The translations under genes were made by a program, and so were the position numbers. 64,000 nt of DNA. Origin: Opitutia bacterium. GTDB taxonomy: Bacteria > Verrucomicrobiota > Verrucomicrobiia > Opitutales > Opitutaceae. The notes below the pieces were generated by a model, which did not search any database, was not told the origin of the DNA, and saw nothing but the letters and a program-made list of their open reading frames with translations. Of the stretch, positions 22,301 to 30,759 are shown in pieces. The first letter of the stretch is position 1; every line of letters starts with the position of its first letter. The stretch covers positions 128,001-192,000 of the forward strand of contig CANJVR010000001.1 in the NCBI GenBank assembly GCA_947478395.1, read 5' to 3'.

Positions 22301-22489
22301 CGGCCCGTGCTCATGACCGCCGCCGTCGCGAGCCTCGGCTTCGTGCCCATGGCTCTCGCCACCGGCGCGGGCGCTGAAGTGCAACGCCCGCTCGCGACCG
22401 TGGTCATCGGCGGCATCGTCAGTTCGACGTTGCTCACCCTCGTCGTGCTTCCGGTGCTCTACGCGTGGTTCGAAAAAGAAAAACGTTAA
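19361..22489 (+). CDS. CusA/CzcA family heavy-metal efflux RND permease
   Basis: 1042 aa with DAVPDIT, MSLGAVDFGLIIDGAVVIVEN, RLRPVLMTA and GAEVQRPLATVVIGG. Confidence 0.93.
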   Translation: MIDRILEFALRQRAVVLLGTALLLALGLWSALHLPIDAVPDITGVQVQINTEVPALAAEESEKLVTQPLELELAGLPGVEEMRSITKFGLSQITLQFKDDTDIFRARQLVAERLQGALELLPKGVLPKLAPISTGLGEILYYSVNYRTDAKTKPATELEQLIMLSELQEYVIKPLLRTVPGIAEINGTGGYQKQYVIQPRPEALIERNLTFSELAALVAQNVENTGGGIINRNGQQFTIRAVSRVQTVEDIANLPLKFGAGAQPLLLKEVAEVKIGTKFRTGAATLDGHETVIGTVMMLAGENSREVSLRVKARLVEIQSKLPDGVEIQTQYDRSLLIDRTIGTVEKNLVEGALLVVVVLLLLLGNWRAALIVACAIPLSFLFALTGMRYWGISGNLMSLGAVDFGLIIDGAVVIVENIVRQLGQRQHKLGRALTVEERTQTVLTASKQVGSPMFFGVLIIAVVYLPILALTGIEGKMFHPMALTVMLALGGALILSLTLMPALCAGLLRGRISEEDNLLIRLAKRLYAPALHLALRLRWLVTTGAITLFVGSLWVFTHLGAEFVPKLDEGSITAMLYKPVGMSMEESLRTDIEVENRLHAEFPEITRIFSRIGTSAIASDPMPANESDVYLFYQPISAWPKTAGRPTTKAELCVQIEAALKKINPDYDLLFAQPIEMRFNEMLEGTKAELAVKIFGPDYDVLEPLAKQVKAILEKTPGAAQVEYETDGRTPQLQLSVKREILRRHNLQAAEVNHAVQAALAGEIVGSIVEGNRRGDIVVRMPEALRADDAEIKKLPLRVGGYGLLPLGDTVDFSTLQTVEPIQHDGGQRRAALMINLSTRDIEGYVHRVEKTIAAELKLPEGYVVEFGGQFQNLQEARARLAVVVPSALALIFVLIFIAFGSLRQAFLVYSGIPLAVTGGIAALWLRDMPFSITAAVGFIALTGVAVLNGVVLLSYFNQLREEGRPLAEAVVEGALTRLRPVLMTAAVASLGFVPMALATGAGAEVQRPLATVVIGGIVSSTLLTLVVLPVLYAWFEKEKR

Positions 22490-22661
22490 CCCAGTTGCCG
22501 TTCGCACCATAAAAATCTGGGCGAGCGGCCGGCCCGACCCAGCGTACTGGGAAAGCTTGTTCGACGTTTCCGCCCCCTCAGCCGCCGCAACCGGGCGGCT
22601 CTGCGCCGATCATAAGTCAAGACACCAGCTTTGCCCGCATCTGGGGTGAGCCACGTGCTTC

Positions 22662-22847
22662 ATGCGCGATCAAAAAGTCGGGGGCCAGCAACTGCGCGTG
22701 CGCGCCGGGGTGCGCAATCTCGTCGACCTCGAGAATAGCAAGATTCGCAAGACCGGTTTCACCACGATGGCCAACGGGGCCAACGTCTACCGCTACTCGT
22801 ACGTGATGCCGGCTCAATATGACCTCTCGGTTACCGTCAAATTCTAG
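22662..22847 (+). pseudogene. Isolated C-terminal fragment of a TonB-dependent receptor
   Basis: RVRAGVRNLVD...YDLSVTVKF resembles the last beta-strands of a TBDR with terminal Phe. No upstream body is present. Confidence 0.6.
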
Positions 22848-22868
22848 TCCAGTTGACGCGCCTGGTGC

Positions 22869-23259
22869 TGATCGGATTCGGCTTTTCGGGCCACCCTCAG
22901 AGTTGGTCCGGGCGATTGGCTGATGCTGATAGTGCTGACGCTGGTTATGCATCCCTGGCCGGAGCCAGGGATGGATCGAGACTGGGCGCGGCATTGACCG
23001 AGCTTGCGCAGTTGCTGAAGGTCTGACGCTGGCCGCATTCCCCCTGGCTCCGTTCCGGGCGATCACGTCACGCTGACCTGGACCGGATGCACGCCGTGTT
23101 TGGCGGCGATTGCGTGGATCGAGTCGATGCCCTTCAGGGCATCAAGACCAACTTGAGCTTTGAACTGGGCACGGTGCTGACGGCGTTTCTTGGACGTGAG
23201 AATCGTTGTCCTGACTTTGGGTTAACGATCCGACTTTTCCAACTTTCGGGTCCCGCTCA
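22869..23259 (-). mobile_element. Internally deleted IS3-family element (left IR, orfA N-terminus, degenerate right end)
   Basis: Left end TGAGCGGGACCCGAAAG at 23259. The minus strand encodes (ACG)SKKRRQHRAQFKAQVGLDALKGIDSIHAIAAKHGVHPVQVS, an IS3 OrfA HTH. 22869-22980 resembles the IS end at 25132-25270. Confidence 0.75.
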
Positions 23260-23272
23260 GCTGCATAAAAAA

Positions 23273-25090
23273 TCAGTGGGCGGAACGAACTAGATCTTCA
23301 GCGGCGCGAGCCGTGTAATTCTCGGCGCCGTTGGCGACGGTGGTTTTAGCTAATGACGCGATCAAGCCTAGCACGCTCGCGGGCGCTTTGCCCGGGATGC
23401 GGGCGACTACGTTAAGGGCAAACAACCGACCTTCCGATTTTGTGGCATCTTCGAGTGCGGATTCGATCACTTTCCAAGCGTTCGCATTTTCACCGCGCCG
23501 CAAAATCGCTTCGGCTGCCGCCAGTCGCACCGCCATTTCCCCATCGCTCAAAAGCGACGTCATATCTGGCAACGTCTCCGCGCGCAGCGCCGCGACCGCC
23601 GCCCAATAGCGGATAACTGCCTCTGACGCGCGCAAACCAGCCGCAAGGGCCTTGGCGTCGGGCGCCGCCGGTAGCTGCAACGTGTCGATGGTGTCGAGGA
23701 CCCGAGCAAGCGGGTAGCGCGTCTCATCCGCGGCGACGAGGGCCGGCGAAGCTTTCGCAGCCCAGTCAATCATGAGTGGCTCCGGCATGAACCCGGTGTC
23801 ACGAATCGCGAGTTGATGCCCCCGCAGTGCGGCACGGAGTCGCAGCAAATGCGAACGCGCGGTAGGATCGTTGACCAAATTTCGGACGTTGTCCGGATCG
23901 TTGGCGCAGTCAAAAAGTTCCTCGACGGGTTTGAGTTCGAAGAACGCGCTTTGGGCGGCGTTGAGTTTACCCGCGGCATGCAGGCTCGCCCATTCGGCCA
24001 TCGAGGCTTGTTGCCATAGATAGTTGAGATGCTGGCCCCAGGGCTGGCTCGGGTAGTAATTACGGATGTAGCGGTAGCGTCCATCGGTCACCGCGCGGGC
24101 GAGATCATAACGTTCGTCCATGCGATCGCGGAATGAAAACGTGTACATGGGCGCGGCGGCGCGGGCCGGGCCGGCGATGGCGCGGCCTTGAAATTGGGCG
24201 GGTAACGGTACGCCGGCGAGACTCAGTACGGTAGGCGCGAAATCGACGAAGTTCACGAGTTCGCCGAAGTGTGAATCAGGCGCAGCGGGCGCGAGGTGTT
24301 GATGTTTTTTCGGAAAATGCGCGATTAACGGAGGATGGGTTCCGTTCTCATAGAGGAAGCGTTTGCTGCGCGAGACGGCGCCACCGTGGTCGCCGTAATA
24401 AAAAATGATCGTGTCTTCGGCGAGGCCATCTTCGGCGAGTTGATCGAGGATTTTTCCGAGCGCTGCATCGGCGCGGGCGACGCAATCATAGTATTGAGCG
24501 ATATCAGCGCGGACGGTCGGAGTATCGGGCAGATAAGCAGGCACACGGACCTTAGCGGGATCGGTCACGAGCGGGGCGCGCTTGTGAAGGTTACTTTCAT
24601 GCGATTGTTCGAAATTAAAGATCGCGAAAAAGGGTTGGCCGGGGGCGCGGTGACGCCAGTGAGCGCGGTTGTTGTTCTCGTTCCAGGCCGGGTCCCAATC
24701 GCTGGAGGTGTTGTAGTCGGTCTTGGCATTGTTAGTCGTGAAATAACCGGCGGCGCGGAGGTATTCGGGGAAAAATTTCACGCCTTCGGGCAGCGGACGT
24801 TGGCTGCGCATGTGTTGCGTGCCCATGCTACTGGCGAAACGGCCCGTGATGATGCTCGAGCGCGTCGGGGCACAGACAGCCGAGGTGGAATAACAGCGAT
24901 CGAAGACGATACCACCGGCGGCGATGCGATCGATGTTGGGCGTGCGCGCCAGCGGGTCGCCGTAAGGCCCGACGGTGGTGGCAACATTATCCTCGGTGAC
25001 GACCCAGAGGATGTTGGGCCGATCAGCCGCAGTAAGCGCGCCCGTGAGGACTAAAGTAACAAAGAAAAGAGCACGGATGAATGAGGGCAT
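23273..25090 (-). CDS. Formylglycine-dependent sulfatase with C-terminal HEAT-like repeats
   Basis: RPNILW, CAPTRSSIITG (CxPxR), GDHG and a signal peptide. Confidence 0.9.
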   Translation of the reverse strand: MPSFIRALFFVTLVLTGALTAADRPNILWVVTEDNVATTVGPYGDPLARTPNIDRIAAGGIVFDRCYSTSAVCAPTRSSIITGRFASSMGTQHMRSQRPLPEGVKFFPEYLRAAGYFTTNNAKTDYNTSSDWDPAWNENNNRAHWRHRAPGQPFFAIFNFEQSHESNLHKRAPLVTDPAKVRVPAYLPDTPTVRADIAQYYDCVARADAALGKILDQLAEDGLAEDTIIFYYGDHGGAVSRSKRFLYENGTHPPLIAHFPKKHQHLAPAAPDSHFGELVNFVDFAPTVLSLAGVPLPAQFQGRAIAGPARAAAPMYTFSFRDRMDERYDLARAVTDGRYRYIRNYYPSQPWGQHLNYLWQQASMAEWASLHAAGKLNAAQSAFFELKPVEELFDCANDPDNVRNLVNDPTARSHLLRLRAALRGHQLAIRDTGFMPEPLMIDWAAKASPALVAADETRYPLARVLDTIDTLQLPAAPDAKALAAGLRASEAVIRYWAAVAALRAETLPDMTSLLSDGEMAVRLAAAEAILRRGENANAWKVIESALEDATKSEGRLFALNVVARIPGKAPASVLGLIASLAKTTVANGAENYTARAAEDLVRSAH

Positions 25091-25131
25091 AAAAAAGCGG
25101 TGAAGGACCAGCGTTAGCCGGAATTTTTCTT

Positions 25132-25270
25132 TGAGCGGGCCCCGAAAACTGGGCCCCGTGGAGTGTTAGTCTTTGGCTTGGGTTGATGTGCTGACTGCGG
25201 TTGTGGTTGGCAATCCCAAGCGGAGGGACAAACCGGCTTGGCGGTTCAGCCCGGAGCTTGGGATGGGTAA
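25132..25270 (-). mobile_element. Right-end remnant of a related IS3-family element
   Basis: TGAGCGGGCCCCGAAAACTGG at 25132 nearly matches the IR at 23259. Confidence 0.65.
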
Positions 25271-25291
25271 AAGTTTTCCCGCTGCCTCCCC

Positions 25292-25430
25292 GCCTCCACG
25301 CCCCCCCCCCCCGCTACCTCCCCGCTGTCTGCGTATCTTCCACCCGCGCCTCGTTTCCGCTAAGCGCCTCGGACCGAAGTCCGTCGGGCCTAAACTCAAC
25401 TGGTACCAGGGGTGGGGACGAATCCAAACC
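25292..25430 (-). repeat. Degenerate copy of the tRNA-Leu 3' end plus about 105 bp of downstream flank (att-like)
   Basis: Aligns by eye with 26354-26492, e.g. TGGTACCAGGGGTGGGGACGAATCC versus TGGTGCCCGGGGTGGGGGTCGAACCC. Confidence 0.8.
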
Positions 25431-25504
25431 CTCATCCTTCGCGCCCTTCACGGCTTCGCGTGACACCTCCGATGCCTTGCGAGGCCCCGCCGCCAGCCTC
25501 GCGC

Positions 25505-26221
25505 TTATAGCAGCTTCGCCAACAGCGGATCCAACTCGGCCGCCCACAGCTCGTAGCCTTCGGGCGTGAGGTGGAGCTTGTCCGGGCCAAGGCCTTTCCA
25601 ACTGTCGCCTGCGGGAGTCATCTTCGCCGCGAGATCAAGATAGAACACGCTGCCATTGTCCGCGAAGCCCTTGGTCCGGGCATTGACCGCCATCATCTTT
25701 TCGTTGGCGCGCGCGTTCGGGAGGATGCTCATGAGGATCACCTTGACACCGGGGAAGGTCGCCCGGGATTTCGTCAGCACGGCTTTGACGCCGGCCGCGA
25801 TGTCTTCCGACGTGTCGCGGGTGTTGTTGGTGCCGATCAGGAGGACGGCCACCTTGGGCCGGAAGGCGGCGACGTCCATGTGCTCCAGCCGCCAGAGCGT
25901 GTGCTGGGTGGCATCGGCACCGACGCCGAAGTCGAGCGCGTTGCGTCCGGCATAGTGTTTATCCCAGACTTCCTTGCCGCGCGTCGTCCACATTTGTGTG
26001 ATGGAGTCGCCGATGAAGATAATATCGCAGGGCTTGCCCTTCATCGCGGCGACCAGCGCCTCACATGCCTTGTTGTCGGCGGCGTGGCGGCCGGTGTAGT
26101 TCGAGTCACTGGGGACCGTGGTGGAAGGCGCGCCCGCCGGGGTGTCAGCGGCGGAAAGTGACTGCGGAGCGATCAGAGCCGCGGTCAGGAAAAGGACGGC
26201 AAGGAAGAGACGGAGGTTCAT
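25505..26221 (-). CDS. Exported GDSL/SGNH esterase
   Basis: FIGDSIT, LIGTNN and DKLH blocks; signal peptide from ATG 26221. Confidence 0.88.
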   Translation of the reverse strand: MNLRLFLAVLFLTAALIAPQSLSAADTPAGAPSTTVPSDSNYTGRHAADNKACEALVAAMKGKPCDIIFIGDSITQMWTTRGKEVWDKHYAGRNALDFGVGADATQHTLWRLEHMDVAAFRPKVAVLLIGTNNTRDTSEDIAAGVKAVLTKSRATFPGVKVILMSILPNARANEKMMAVNARTKGFADNGSVFYLDLAAKMTPAGDSWKGLGPDKLHLTPEGYELWAAELDPLLAKLL

Positions 26222-26459
26222 GGGGATTGGGGCTGAGGTCACCCTTGGCTGATTTAATTCGCCGGGCCAGCGGTAATTTCTCCGCACCACTGCGCAGGGC
26301 GCCCAGCTGCAGTACGGGAAGGGAAATGGAACGCTCAGCGCGTTAGGGAGTCGGCCTCCACGTTTCACCCCGCGACCTCCCCGCTGCCTGCGTCTCCCCC
26401 GCCTGACCCTTGCTGCCGCTAACCGCTTCAGACTGAAGTCGGCCGGGCCTGAACTCAGC

Positions 26460-26544
26460 TGGTGCCCGGGGTGGGGGTCGAACCCACAAACCTTGCGGTG
26501 GTAGATTTTGAGTCTACTGCGTCTGCCAATTCCGCCACCCGGGC
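26460..26544 (-). tRNA. tRNA-Leu(CAA)
   Basis: GCCCGGGTGGCGGAATTGGCAGACGCAGTAGA-CTCAAAA-TCTAC, long variable arm, GTTCGA and CCA. Confidence 0.95.
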
Positions 26545-26776
26545 GAGGGCAACGAGACACCAGAGTTAAAACCGCCCCTCGCGGTGTCCACGCAATTTTC
26601 ACGTGAAAGATTTTTGAACATCCCGAAAAGCCCCGCGTCTCCCTCCCCGTTAGTTACCCGTTCTTTTTGGTAGTTCATAGTAGTAGTTAAGTCGGCAAGG
26701 GCGCTGGACCGCGAGGTCTGGCGCCTTTTCTGTTTTCCCTCGACCCGACTTCGCCGCCGTCTTCGCTCACCTGCCT

Positions 26777-27532
26777 ATGCCCGACTTCCGCGTCTATTGC
26801 ACCCCCGTCACCGCTGAACCGGCTGAAATTATCCTCTCACCCGACGAGTCGCACCATCTCGTCAACGTCAACCGCGCCGCCGCGGGAGACACGGTGGTCG
26901 CGTTCGATGGGCGCGGAGCCGAGTGGATCTGTGCCCTCACCGTCGCCGATAAACGAGCCGCCCGGCTCACGGTGCGGTTTAAGCAAAAGACAAAAGCCCT
27001 GCCGTTTGCCGTCACCCTTGGCCAAGCGTTACCCAAAGGCAGCTACATGGACGCCATCGTGCGCAAAGCGACGGAGATTGGCGCCTCCCGCATCGTGCCT
27101 TTGGCGAGCGAACGCACCCAAGTCCACCTCGACGCCGATCGCTCCGACCGAAAAATCGAAAAGTGGCAGACCGCCGCACTCGAAGCCGCCAAGCAGTGCG
27201 GCAACGCCTGGCTGCCGGAGATCACGCCGGTGCAAGATGCCACGGCCTTCATGAATTCAGCGCGCGGCTACGATTTAAAACTGATTGCGAGCCTTCAGCC
27301 GGATGCGAAATCGCTCAAACCCGTGCTCAGCGCCTTCGCGGCCGCCCATGGACGCGCCCCCAAAAACGTGCTTTGGCTCATCGGTCCCGAGGGCGATTTC
27401 ACGCCCGCCGAATTGAGCACCGCGCGCACCGCTGGATTCGAGCCCATCACCCTTGGTCCCCTCGTCCTTCGCTGCGAAACCGCCGCGGTCTACGCGTTGA
27501 GCGTGCTGAGTTACGAGCTGCAGAACGGATAG
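26777..27532 (+). CDS. rsmE: 16S rRNA m3U1498 methyltransferase
   Basis: KATEIG, EAAKQC, IGPEGDF and LGPLVLRCETA motifs. Confidence 0.93.
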   Translation: MPDFRVYCTPVTAEPAEIILSPDESHHLVNVNRAAAGDTVVAFDGRGAEWICALTVADKRAARLTVRFKQKTKALPFAVTLGQALPKGSYMDAIVRKATEIGASRIVPLASERTQVHLDADRSDRKIEKWQTAALEAAKQCGNAWLPEITPVQDATAFMNSARGYDLKLIASLQPDAKSLKPVLSAFAAAHGRAPKNVLWLIGPEGDFTPAELSTARTAGFEPITLGPLVLRCETAAVYALSVLSYELQNG

Positions 27533-27634
27533 GCGCCGTTGTCCGCCCATGCAGGCGGCGTGCCCCCACCCCGCGAACGACGGCGCAGGGCAAGCGACGA
27601 TTTGCGGGGTATGGGCAACCCCGCCCACATCGGA

Positions 27635-28459
27635 CTATTTCCCGATCGAACGCTGCTGCGCTGCGCGAAAATCCGTCTGGATTTTTCGCGTCCATCCGTC
27701 CGGCTTCATTTCGTAAGCGCGCTCATCGATCCGCGCCACCGGCATCACGCCCAGCAGCGCGTTGGTCACAAAAACTTCGTCGGCCTCGTGCCACATCGCC
27801 TCGGTCACCGGCGTTTCCCGGACCTTTTTTCCCGGCTTCAGCGCCAACACGATCGCGCGCGCAATACCCGGCAAAACGCCGCTCTCAATCGGCGGCGTGA
27901 AGACTTCACCCGCTTTCACCACGAATAGATTCGCGGTCGAGCTCTCGAGGACGTTCCCCTCCGGTCCGACGAATAGCGCGTCGTCGAAGCCCAACGCTCG
28001 CGCCCCCGCGCGAGCCCGCCGGTTCTTCAGATAGCTGAGCGATTTGAGCGCCGCGGTCTGCCCTATCGGGCGCGCGTCAGGAAACGTCTTCAGCCGAAAT
28101 CCAGCTTCGTAACTCGCCGCCGGATAAAAAAAAGGACGCAGGGTGAGCAATTCGCCGCCACTCGATTCTCCCAGAAAAATCACAATCTTGAGCGCCCCTT
28201 CTTCGAGGCCGTTCGCGGCGATCAGTGCCCGAACGCGCTCCCCCAAACCATCCGCGACCTTTAATTCCAGCTCACGCGCGCTGCGCTCCAACCGCGCGGC
28301 ATGCTCCGCGAAAAATACCGGCTGCCCCCGAAGGACTTTGATCGTCTCGAAAATCCCATGGCCAAACATGAAGCCGTCGCCGAGCGGGGAAATCCGCGCC
28401 TCTGCCGCGTTCATCTCCACGCCATCGAGCATCACACGATCGCAAAATCCGGTTTTCAT
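27635..28459 (-). CDS. pabC: Aminotransferase class IV, probable aminodeoxychorismate lyase
   Basis: GHGIFET, LKSLSY, ESSTANLF, LPGIAR and VFVTNAL; ATGA overlap with pabB. Confidence 0.78.
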   Translation of the reverse strand: MKTGFCDRVMLDGVEMNAAEARISPLGDGFMFGHGIFETIKVLRGQPVFFAEHAARLERSARELELKVADGLGERVRALIAANGLEEGALKIVIFLGESSGGELLTLRPFFYPAASYEAGFRLKTFPDARPIGQTAALKSLSYLKNRRARAGARALGFDDALFVGPEGNVLESSTANLFVVKAGEVFTPPIESGVLPGIARAIVLALKPGKKVRETPVTEAMWHEADEVFVTNALLGVMPVARIDERAYEMKPDGWTRKIQTDFRAAQQRSIGK

Positions 28460-29901
28460 TTCGCCATCAAAGCGGCGCGCATCGCCCGGCCTTTGTCGAG
28501 GGTTTCCTGATATTCGCTCTCCGGATCCGAGTCCCAGACGATCCCGCCGCCGACGTGATAATACGCGCGATCCGCCCGGCAAAGAATCGTGCGAATCGCG
28601 ATGTTGAGATCGCAACTGCCATCGAAATCGATGTATCCCATCGCACCCGTATACCAATTCCGCGGCCGGGTTTCGATTTCCTCAATGACCTGCATCGCGC
28701 GAATCTTCGGTGCGCCGGTGATTGATCCGCCGGGAAATGCCGCGCGGATACAATCGAAGGCGTCGCAGTCCGCGCGTAACAGGCCCGAGACGGCGCTCAC
28801 GAGGTGAAACACCGTGGGATGCGTTTCGAGCCGGACCATCTCGTCGACCCGCACCGAGCCGAATTCGCAGACGCGGCCGAGATCGTTGCGCTCGAGATCC
28901 ACGATCATCAGCAGTTCCGCGCGATCCTTCTCGCTCGCGAGAAGTTCCCGGCGAAGGCGCGCATCTTCTTCCGGGGTCTGACCGCGCGGACGGGTGCCTT
29001 TAATTGGGCGCGTGTCGACGTTTCGGCCGCGGATGCGCAAGAACCGCTCGGGAGAACTGCTCACCACCTGAAATTCCCCCAGGTTGAAGTAGCTCGCGAA
29101 CGGGGCTGGGCTATGAGTGCGCAACCGCTGATATAACGCGTACGGCGATCCCACCAGCGGCACTTCGAAACGTTGGGCGAGATTGACCTGATAAACATCG
29201 CCTTCGCGGATGTAGAACTTGATGCGATCAATGGCCCGAAGGTACTCGTCCTTCGAAAAATTCGACTGCGGTTCGAGGCTGGGTGGATCATCCTTAATCC
29301 GCCGGTTCAATTCAGCTCGCTCCGAAATCTCGGGCGCAGCCAAACCCGGCGGGCTGGAGCCAACCCGCGCCACCTCGTTCACGGCTCGCTCAAGCCGGTC
29401 CAGAATTTCGTCGGCGGCCGCTGCCGCCACGGGGTTCGCCACGGCGAAGGCCCGGCCATTTTCCCGATCGAAGGCCAGGATGCCGTCGTAGAATCCAAAC
29501 TGCGCCTCCGGCATCTGGAGATCGTCTCCCGCCCGACTCGTCACGTTTTCCAAACCGGCACCGTATTCGTAGGAAAATCCGCCCACCGCTCCGCCTAAAA
29601 ACGGAATCTCCACCGCCGGGTCGCGCGCTGGCCGGAACGTCGCCATGAGTCTTTTCAGTTCAGTCAGGGCATCGCCTTGGAAGACTTTATTTCCATGCGC
29701 ACTCGTGAGCGTGATTTCACCCCGCCTCGCGCGAAATTTTAGAAACGGATCGAATCCGATAAACGAGAACCGCCCCAGCCCGCCACTTTCCAGTCCGCTA
29801 TCGAGGAAGAAACTGCCCTCCCGCTCGCAGAGACCGGCGAAGAGCTCTGCCGGCGGCGGCAGTCCGTGCCATTCCCTCAGCACCACGGCAGACGACTTCA
29901 T
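28456..29901 (-). CDS. pabB: Aminodeoxychorismate synthase component I
   Basis: YQVNL, SSPERFL, PIKGT, MIVDLERNDLGR and FPGGSITGAPK; in a folate operon. Confidence 0.9.
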   Translation of the reverse strand: MKSSAVVLREWHGLPPPAELFAGLCEREGSFFLDSGLESGGLGRFSFIGFDPFLKFRARRGEITLTSAHGNKVFQGDALTELKRLMATFRPARDPAVEIPFLGGAVGGFSYEYGAGLENVTSRAGDDLQMPEAQFGFYDGILAFDRENGRAFAVANPVAAAAADEILDRLERAVNEVARVGSSPPGLAAPEISERAELNRRIKDDPPSLEPQSNFSKDEYLRAIDRIKFYIREGDVYQVNLAQRFEVPLVGSPYALYQRLRTHSPAPFASYFNLGEFQVVSSSPERFLRIRGRNVDTRPIKGTRPRGQTPEEDARLRRELLASEKDRAELLMIVDLERNDLGRVCEFGSVRVDEMVRLETHPTVFHLVSAVSGLLRADCDAFDCIRAAFPGGSITGAPKIRAMQVIEEIETRPRNWYTGAMGYIDFDGSCDLNIAIRTILCRADRAYYHVGGGIVWDSDPESEYQETLDKGRAMRAALMAK

Positions 29902-30401
29902 GGGACGGCCGTCACGGTCTCCCACGGACCGATCCGCGCAATTCCGGCCTGTTCCAGTCGGCCCGCCAGCAGCTCCACACGCTCACCGTCGAGCGGCAGA
30001 TCGGGGGCGATCTCGGCCAGCGGCGTGAGCACAAAACTCCGCTCCTTCATCCGCGGATGCGGCAACGTCAACTCGGCCGCGTCGCTCGTCACGCCCTCGT
30101 ACCACAGTACGTCGAGATCGAGCGTCCGCGGGCCCCAGTGTTCGCGTCGCTCGCGGCCCTGCGCGTCCTCTATTTTCCGGACAATTCGCAACAGGGTCAG
30201 CGGTGCGGCGAACGTCTCAATCGCAGCCACGCAGTTGAGAAACCGCGGCTGCGCCGTGACGCCCACGGGGTTGGTTTCGTAGATCGAAGAGATTTTTCCC
30301 ACGCGAATATCCGTTTCGCTCCGCAGCTGGGCGACCGCCGCGCGCAAAAAATTCACGCGGTCACCGAGATTACTGCCGAGACCGAGGTACGCCGTTTTCA
30401 C
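29898..30401 (-). CDS. folK: 6-hydroxymethyl-7,8-dihydropterin pyrophosphokinase
   Basis: AYLGLGSNLGDR, WGPRTLDLD and LPHPRM; GTG start at 30401. Confidence 0.93.
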   Translation of the reverse strand: MKTAYLGLGSNLGDRVNFLRAAVAQLRSETDIRVGKISSIYETNPVGVTAQPRFLNCVAAIETFAAPLTLLRIVRKIEDAQGRERREHWGPRTLDLDVLWYEGVTSDAAELTLPHPRMKERSFVLTPLAEIAPDLPLDGERVELLAGRLEQAGIARIGPWETVTAVP

Positions 30402-30759
30402 GCTGCTTGCTGGTTTCGACGGCGACGTAGTCGAGCACGCCACCCATTGGTACCGACGGTTTCTTGATGATGATCTCGGCCACGCTCACGCGAGGACACG
30501 CCGCCAGCACGCGATCCAGGACGCGATTGGCGAGGGTCTCTAACAGTTTCACCCGCTCGTGCTCCATGATTTCGCGGCAGATAGCGTGCACTTTCACGTA
30601 GTCGACGGTGGCATCGAGATCGTCGGTGCGAGCCGCTTCGGAAATGTCGAGCGTCAGGACCAGATCGATGAAAAACCGCTGACCGAGCGAATTCTCCGCG
30701 GCGAGTGCGCCGTGGTAGCCATAAAAAACCATGTTCTTGAGGTGGATTCGTCCGTTCAT
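30370..30759 (-). CDS. folB: Dihydroneopterin aldolase
   Basis: FYGYHG...E...GQRF, TVDY, LLETLA and KP motifs. Confidence 0.93.
   Translation of the reverse strand: MNGRIHLKNMVFYGYHGALAAENSLGQRFFIDLVLTLDISEAARTDDLDATVDYVKVHAICREIMEHERVKLLETLANRVLDRVLAACPRVSVAEIIIKKPSVPMGGVLDYVAVETSKQRENGVPRSRQ

Noticed and set aside
26222..26602. N-terminal extension of the 365-aa ORF 25505..26602
   Set aside because: It runs through tRNA-Leu and the att-like repeat; the signal peptide starts at ATG 26221.
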